From the NCBI GenBank assembly GCA_033762915.1, contig JANRLD010000036.1:1-11796 (forward strand): 11,796 nucleotides of DNA. The letters run 5' to 3'. Each line of letters starts with the position of its first letter. Position 1 is the stretch's first letter. Both the position numbers and the translations under genes were made by a program. This document shows positions 7,273 through 11,796 of the stretch, piece after piece. Under the pieces are notes generated by a model that saw only the letters and a list, made by a program, of their open reading frames with translations, was not told the origin of the DNA and ran no database searches. The stretch comes from Meiothermus sp. (lineage in GTDB: Bacteria; Deinococcota; Deinococci; Deinococcales; Thermaceae).

Positions 7273-7880
7273 ACGAGGATGACGTAAACCCCTACATCGC
7301 CCTGGCCGACGTGGGGCTCAACCTGGTGCTGGTTTTGGTGTTCTTCGTCGCCGCCCTGATCGTGGTCGGGCGCAGCGGGTGGGACGAGGTCAGGTACAAG
7401 GATGCCCAGGAGCGGGTCCGTCAGGCGGTCCGATCCGGACTTGAGGCCGGCGCCCTCCCCAGCAACACACCCAGGAACGACCCTCCTGGGGCCCAGCGCT
7501 GGGTCTTCACCAACAGGCAGCTGTTCGGGGCGGACGGGGTGCAGCTGACCCCTGCGGGGCGGCGGGCGCTGGTGAACTTCGCCCGGATCCTCTGCAAGTC
7601 CACCGAGTGGCGCAGGCTGCGGGTGGAGGGCCACACTGCCCCGCCCCGACCGGGACAGCCCGACCAGTGGCTGGTCTCTGCAGCGAGGGCTGCCCAGGTG
7701 GCCACCGTATTCACCTCTTCCGGCGGCGTCAGGCCCTACCATGTCGGGGTAGCGGGCCGGGCCGGGCAGGCCCCAGTGAACAAGGCCAACCCCTCCGACC
7801 CAGCCAACGAGCGAGTGGAGGTACTGGTGGAGTACGTCAACGTGACGGACGGGGATACAACCAACTCCCCCTGCTACTAG
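7269..7880 (+). CDS. MotB/OmpA-like stator partner (ZorB-like)
   Basis: ATGA overlap with the upstream gene. A single N-terminal TM carries the conserved Asp (YIALAD14VGLNLVLVLVFFV). OmpA-like C-domain motifs: LFGADGVQLT, LRVEGHT, SAARAAQV, GRAGQAP, NERVEV. Confidence 0.85.
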   Translation: MNEDDVNPYIALADVGLNLVLVLVFFVAALIVVGRSGWDEVRYKDAQERVRQAVRSGLEAGALPSNTPRNDPPGAQRWVFTNRQLFGADGVQLTPAGRRALVNFARILCKSTEWRRLRVEGHTAPPRPGQPDQWLVSAARAAQVATVFTSSGGVRPYHVGVAGRAGQAPVNKANPSDPANERVEVLVEYVNVTDGDTTNSPCY

Positions 7881-7980
7881 GTGGCTGAAAATAAGGGCCG
7901 CTGATCCCCCAGGCGGGACCCGCCAGCGCGGCCAGCGAAGTAGTCCACCCAGCGTGGATGAGCGCGTCCCTGAGCAGCCA

Positions 7981-8026
7981 CTAGCCAGCGACGCTGGTTA
8001 GCGGGCCACCCCGAAGGCTGACGCGC
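7981..8026. repeat. Degenerate direct repeat of 213-263
   Basis: Both sites read CTAGCCA-N4-CGCTGGTTA-(14 or 19 nt)-AGGCTGACGCGC. Confidence 0.55.
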
Positions 8027-8045
8027 CAACATAGGCATTGACCAT

Positions 8046-8079
8046 AGTTCCCGAACGTGTAAAAATTTATTCGGGAGCT
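8046..8079. repeat. Inverted repeat AGTTCCCGAA-N14-TTCGGGAGCT with AT-rich spacer
   Basis: The arms match at 9/10 positions around the spacer CGTGTAAAAATTTA. It lies ~85 bp from the tRNA breakpoint. Confidence 0.6.
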
Positions 8080-8162
8080 CTGGAAGACAGGCGATCTGTT
8101 TGGTTTGTTGGGGAAAGAAAATGCGTCCTGGACGCTAATTTTCAGAGTGGTCTTGGGGGCGG

Positions 8163-8204
8163 TGATCCGTAGTCAGTCGCTCTATCCAACTGAGCTACGC
8201 GCCC
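8163..8204 (-). pseudogene. 5' half of tRNA-Arg(ACG), truncated in the 3' strand of the anticodon stem; likely attachment-site junction
   Basis: The minus strand reads GGGCGCG TA GCTC AGTTGGATA GAGC G ACTGA CTACGGA TCA, then CC instead of the expected GT. No T-arm (GTTCRA), acceptor 3' strand or CCA follows. Confidence 0.9.
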
Positions 8205-8218
8205 GTGACAGCTTTGAC

Positions 8219-8247
8219 AGTGTAGCGCCTAGGCGAGATTTTGACAA
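8219..8247 (-). promoter_or_regulatory. Sigma70-type promoter of the tRNA gene
   Basis: TTGTCA (8247-8242), 17 bp, TACACT (8224-8219), ending 14 nt upstream of the tRNA 5' end. Confidence 0.75.
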
Positions 8248-8269
8248 GCCACCCAGAGCGCCCGGTTTT

Positions 8270-8839
8270 TTACGCAGCCAGCTTCACAAAATACTCGTGC
8301 AGCCTCGAGTCGCGGGTCAGCTCGGGGTGGAAGGTCGAGGCCATCACCTTGCCCTTCTGGGCCAGAATAATCTGGCCGTTGTGGCGCGACAACACCCGGA
8401 CCCCCTCCCCCGCCTCGAGGATCAGCGGGGCGCGGATGAAGAAGGCGTGGAAGGCCCCCTCGAGACCCTCGATCTGCAAGTCCTGCTCGAAGCTGTCCAC
8501 CTGCCGCCCGTAGGCGTTGCGCTGAACCGAGATATCTAGCACGCCCAGGCGCGGCTGGTCGGGGTATTGGGGGATGTTCCTGGCGATCCAGATTGCGCCC
8601 GCGCAGGTGCCCCACAGCGCCAGATCTCCCGCCTCGACCCGCGCACGTACCGCTCCCTCGAGGCCGTACTCCCGCGCCAACATCCCGATGGTAGTGGACT
8701 CCCCCCCCGGCACGATCAGCCCAGAGAGTCCCTCGAGGTCCCGGGGCAGCCGCACCTCCGCCACCTCGACCCCCAGTCCCTGCAGCATCTGTTTGTGTTC
8801 CCGGAAATCTCCCTGTATGGCCAGCACGCCGATTTTCAC
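8270..8839 (-). CDS. pdxT: Pyridoxal 5'-phosphate synthase glutaminase subunit
   Basis: Motifs IGVLAIQGDFREH, PGGESTT, GTCAG (catalytic Cys), RNAYGRQVDSFE, FIRAP and FHPELT (His-Glu). 189 aa. Confidence 0.98.
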   Translation of the reverse strand: MKIGVLAIQGDFREHKQMLQGLGVEVAEVRLPRDLEGLSGLIVPGGESTTIGMLAREYGLEGAVRARVEAGDLALWGTCAGAIWIARNIPQYPDQPRLGVLDISVQRNAYGRQVDSFEQDLQIEGLEGAFHAFFIRAPLILEAGEGVRVLSRHNGQIILAQKGKVMASTFHPELTRDSRLHEYFVKLAA

Positions 8840-8846
8840 AAAAGGT

Positions 8847-8875
8847 ATCGTCTAGGTTGGGGCGGGTGAAGTCAA
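8847..8875 (-). promoter_or_regulatory. Putative promoter for a leaderless pdxT transcript
   Basis: TTGACT (8875-8870), 17 bp, GACGAT (8852-8847), then 7 nt to the GTG start. No Shine-Dalgarno. Confidence 0.55.
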
Positions 8876-8920
8876 TAGGCGGTGCACTGGGGGCGCGGAA
8901 CCGGAGTGACGGTCAATGAT

Positions 8921-8950
8921 GTGGCCGGACTTCAGCAAAAGTCCGGCCAC
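8921..8950. repeat. Perfect 12-bp inverted repeat (terminator-like hairpin or operator)
   Basis: GTGGCCGGACTT-CAGCAA-AAGTCCGGCCAC, between the 119-aa gene and pdxT. It lacks a U-tract. Confidence 0.7.
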
Positions 8951-8998
8951 TAACCGCCAGAAGCAACGTTTCCAGCTCTGCGCTCTTGCTCCCCGCGC

Positions 8999-9358
8999 TC
9001 AGGCCGGACGGGTGAGCGAGACGGTGGGGACGGGGCCTTGGCGGCTCTCCTCGCCCTCGGCCTTAAACAGCAGGCGCTCGTCGGCCTCGCCGATGGCCTG
9101 CACCAGCCGTGCGCGGCTCACCCATTGCCCGCCCATCATGTAGTGGAAGCCGCTCATTCCCAGAACCACCACGTAACGCACGCCGTTGGCGTTACGGACG
9201 AAGGTGTTGTGCCTGCGCGCGCAGCGCTGCATCCGGGCCAGCGCCTCGAGCTGGTTCTCCTGGCGGCGCTGGCTGAGGCGCGGCCCCAACCAAAGCAGGA
9301 ACAGGATCAGCGAGAACAGCACCGTGAAGAACGTGAGCATTAGGTACTGGGTTTCCAT
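8999..9358 (-). CDS. Hypothetical protein with N-terminal membrane anchor
   Basis: 119 aa with a hydrophobic N-terminus (YLMLTFFTVLFSLILFLLWLG), GC3-rich codons, and a promoter-like element directly upstream. Confidence 0.75.
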   Translation of the reverse strand: METQYLMLTFFTVLFSLILFLLWLGPRLSQRRQENQLEALARMQRCARRHNTFVRNANGVRYVVVLGMSGFHYMMGGQWVSRARLVQAIGEADERLLFKAEGEESRQGPVPTVSLTRPA

Positions 9359-9367
9359 TGCGTTATC

Positions 9368-9400
9368 AGTATAGCAAATAGAGTAACGCTATATGTAACG
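9368..9400 (-). promoter_or_regulatory. Extended -10 promoter with upstream CGTTAC direct repeat
   Basis: TG-C-TATACT (9376-9368) lies 9 nt before the ATG at 9358. CGTTAC-N6-CGTTAC (9400-9383) sits in the -35 region. Confidence 0.55.
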
Positions 9401-9629
9401 AAGACATAAACTTAAGGCCGCTTGTCCTGTTTATGAGAGCGTTACCCACCGGGCTATCCGGAATGGGCTGGAGGGGGCGAACATCAACGGCTGTGCGTTG
9501 GCGCATGTTCGTGCGCAGTTTGCCGTACAGCGGCTCCGAGGCAAGTCCGGTAGCGCCGCCCCTTCGGAAGTGGGGGCAGATTTCGCCCCGTAAGGCATTC
9601 GCCGAGCTACGCAATCCGCCGTGGAGTGC

Positions 9630-9660
9630 AAGGAAGAGCCCCTCGAGGCTCGAGGGGCTC
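9630..9660 (-). terminator. Probable intrinsic terminator after pdxS
   Basis: The hairpin GAGCCCCTCGAG-C-CTCGAGGGGCTC (9660-9636) is followed by TTCCTT on the minus strand, ~30 nt after the pdxS stop. Confidence 0.6.
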
Positions 9661-9691
9661 CTGGGGGTTGCTTCCCGCCTTGTGTGAGCTG

Positions 9692-10573
9692 TTACCAACC
9701 GCGCTTGGCCAGCCGCTCCTCTTCGCTGAGGAAGTCCAGGTTGATCCCCACCATCGGCTCGCCGAGGTCTTCGGAGACCTCGGCCACGATCTCGGGGTTG
9801 TTGTAGTGGGTGACGGCACGGACGATGGCCTTGGCCCGCTTGCGGGGGTCGCCCGACTTAAAGATGCCGCTGCCCACGAATACCCCGTCCATGCCCAGGT
9901 GCATCATCAGGGCGGCGTCGGCGGGGGTGGCCACACCCCCGGCAGCGAAGTTGACCACCGGCAGCTTGCCGTTGTCGTGGATATAGCGCACCAGGTCGTA
10001 GGGGGCGCCGTGGTTCTTGGCGTAGGTCATCAGTTCTTCGGCGGGCATGGCCTTAATCTGGCGGATCGCCCCCAGCACACTGCGCGCGTGGCGTACGGCC
10101 TCGACCACGTTGCCGGTTCCGGCCTCGCCCTTGGTGCGGATCATGGCCGCGCCCTCGCCGATGCGGCGCAGGGCCTCGCCGATGTCGGTGGCCCCGTTGA
10201 CGAAGGGCACCTTGAACTCGTGCTTGTTGACGTGGAAGGCCTCGTCGGCTGGGGTCAGGACTTCGGACTCGTCAATGAAGTCCACGCCCAGCGCCTCGAG
10301 GATTTGCGCCTCCACGATATGACCGATGCGGCACTTGGCCATCACGGGAATCGAGCAGGCCGCGATGATCTCCTTGATCAGCTTGGGGTCGGACATCCGG
10401 GCCACCCCGCCCTGGGCGCGGATGTCGGCAGGGACGCGCTCGAGGGCCATCACCGCCACCGCCCCGGCTTCCTGGGCGATTTCGGCCTGCTTGGCGTTGA
10501 CCACGTCCATGATCACACCGCCCTTGAACATCTCGGCGAATCCAGTCTTAACCTTGAGGGTTCCGGTTTCCAT
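9692..10573 (-). CDS. pdxS: Pyridoxal 5'-phosphate synthase lyase subunit
   Basis: Motifs [41 protein letters not shown] and [17 protein letters not shown]. True start is ATG 10573 (METGTLKVK), preceded by GGGAGG. 293 aa. Confidence 0.98.
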   Translation of the reverse strand: METGTLKVKTGFAEMFKGGVIMDVVNAKQAEIAQEAGAVAVMALERVPADIRAQGGVARMSDPKLIKEIIAACSIPVMAKCRIGHIVEAQILEALGVDFIDESEVLTPADEAFHVNKHEFKVPFVNGATDIGEALRRIGEGAAMIRTKGEAGTGNVVEAVRHARSVLGAIRQIKAMPAEELMTYAKNHGAPYDLVRYIHDNGKLPVVNFAAGGVATPADAALMMHLGMDGVFVGSGIFKSGDPRKRAKAIVRAVTHYNNPEIVAEVSEDLGEPMVGINLDFLSEEERLAKRGW

Positions 10574-10615
10574 AACTTCCTCCCGGCAGGGCAATGCCCT
10601 GACTTCCGACCTATC

Positions 10616-10644
10616 AGCATACCGCCAAACCGGCGCTCCATAAA
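10616..10644 (-). promoter_or_regulatory. Possible pdxS promoter
   Basis: TTTATG (10644-10639), 17 bp, TATGCT (10621-10616). Confidence 0.35.
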
Positions 10645-10742
10645 GTTCACCGGCTGCAAATTGGAGAAAATTCAGCAAAGGCAGGCGCAAAGCGGGGGAT
10701 TCCGAATGGCTCGAGTGGGCCTATCCAACCGTCGCCTCTGGT

Positions 10743-11796
10743 AACGCCAGTTCGGAGTTAGGCAACAAGCTGAACAGGCTGTTCCCAACGTAGGGCAGGT
10801 TTCTTGGGTTGGTGGCAGTAGGCGATGAGGGCACACAGGCCGTTGACCATGAAGTTGGTCACCGAGCGGTGGCGGGAGTGCTCAAGCTGGGAGATGTTCT
10901 TGAGCTGGTCGGTGATGGACTCGATGATGGTGCGCTTGCGCAGGAGGAACATGTCCTGGAACCTGACGGGCAGGGTGGTGTGCATGTTTTTCTTCATCCC
11001 AGTAATGAGTTCAAGACCGAGCTCATCGAGGAGTTGGAGCATCAGGGGTTTAGAAATGTAGCCCCTGTCGGCGAAAACCTTACCGAAGACGCTTTGCATG
11101 AGTTGAATCATGTGCAGCAGTCCTTTGCGGTCATCTGTATTTGCGGGGGTGAAGTAGACCGCTAAGAGTTCGCCTCGGTCGTTGCACAGGAGGTGGAGCT
11201 TGAAGCCATAGAACCAGCCCATCGAGTTCTTGCCCCCGTCTGGCGACACCCTCGAAGACCTTGTGGGAGTGAATCCGCAGGTTGTGACAGACTTTCAGGC
11301 TGGTCGAATCCACGAAGGAAACCCCTGTAACCCCTGTACATGACCCGAAACAACGCCTCAGATAGGCACACAGAGCCAGCAAGCATTGTGGCATCAGCTC
11401 CACAAACCGCTGGTAGCTCACCAGCCCTGGGAACTCCTCCCGTAAGCGCAGCAGTACGTATTTCTGATAGTAGGCCTTGAGATCACGGTAGCTGGACTGA
11501 TGAAAATGAATCAACAAAGTCATCAACTCGCTTCCACACAACCCAGATTTGGGGCCAGGTTTGCCTCGTTTTGACCCCCCACACAGCCCCATACCGCTTT
11601 CCAACAGCTTTCCTGATAGTTCAGCCTCGAACGCCTGGCAGAAATCGTCCACATCACAAAACAACTCAAGTAGAGATAAACTCATCTCGACCTCCTTTAG
11701 GTTTTGGGCAGTTGCTAGGCTGCACCCTTAGCCTATACGGGGGTCTTCCTTTGCTCAACAGCTTTTTTCCTACTTTTCTATCTCCGAACTGACGTT
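10743..11796 (-). mobile_element. IS982-family insertion sequence (~1.05 kb)
   Basis: Terminal inverted repeats AACGCCAGTTCGGAG (10743-10757) and the reverse complement of 11782-11796, AACGTCAGTTCGGAG, match at 14/15. GC is lower than in the flanks. The target duplication cannot be seen because the window ends at the IR. Confidence 0.9.
10758..11685 (-). pseudogene. IS982-family DDE transposase, split by a 1-nt insertion
   Basis: The N-terminal part has LFCDVDDFC, FPGLVSYQRFV and SFVDST. The C-terminal part has GWFYGFKLHL, VFADRGY, RKRTIIES and LEHSRHRS. The frames join if one base of the C5 run at 11233-11237 is removed, giving ARRGKNSMGWF. Confidence 0.88.

Noticed and set aside
5686..7880. 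Flagellar motAB, exbBD/tolQR, or a canonical Zorya type I/II/III call
   Set aside because: There is no flagellar or TonB context. The long tail and OmpA-like domain do not fit ExbBD/TolQR. No recognisable zorC/D/E/F/G is in the window, so gene symbols were withheld.
7877..8038. 53-aa minus-strand ORF (MPMLARQPSGW...PLFSAT)
   Set aside because: It has no RBS or recognisable motif and overlaps hairpin/repeat DNA. Probably chance.
8100..8204. Intact or intron-containing tRNA-Arg
   Set aside because: No T-arm or acceptor 3' strand is found downstream in the window. The break is in the stem rather than at a loop intron position, and no group I core was recognised.
10574..10690. N-terminal extensions given by the ORF track (pdxS 10690; also 795 for the vWA gene and 770 for the PLD gene)
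   Set aside because: The downstream ATGs at 10573, 903 and 686 have clear Shine-Dalgarno sequences and coincide with the start of recognisable protein features.
11131..11249. Programmed frameshift in the transposase
   Set aside because: IS982 transposases are single ORFs, there is no typical slippery heptamer, and deleting one base restores the consensus RGKxSMGWF.

Overview
GC-rich bacterial DNA, probably Deinococcota (Meiothermus/Thermus-like). That assignment is an inference from the pdxS/pdxT style and leaderless-type promoters. The left ~8.1 kb looks like the end of an accessory island that abuts the 5' half of a broken tRNA-Arg(ACG) gene (8163-8204, minus strand, promoter intact). The island carries a tightly coupled five-gene + strand operon: (1) a signal peptide-vWA-like-TM-beta-domain protein, (2) a small 3-TM protein, (3) a 1055-aa tubulin/FtsZ-like (Tubulin_2/FtsZl1-type) GTPase with a C-terminal Cys/His cluster, (4) a MotA/TolQ/ExbB protein with a ~320-aa helical tail (ZorA-like architecture), and (5) a MotB/OmpA-like partner (ZorB-like). 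A single-domain PLD (HKD-type) nuclease-like gene is transcribed divergently, and a degenerate ~50-bp repeat brackets the whole cassette. The best candidate for a new system is a Zorya-like ion-driven motor coupled to a tubulin-like GTPase and a vWA receptor in place of ZorC/D/E. The right part is housekeeping DNA: pdxT, a small membrane protein and pdxS, followed by a complete but frameshifted IS982-family element whose terminal inverted repeat ends exactly at the window edge.
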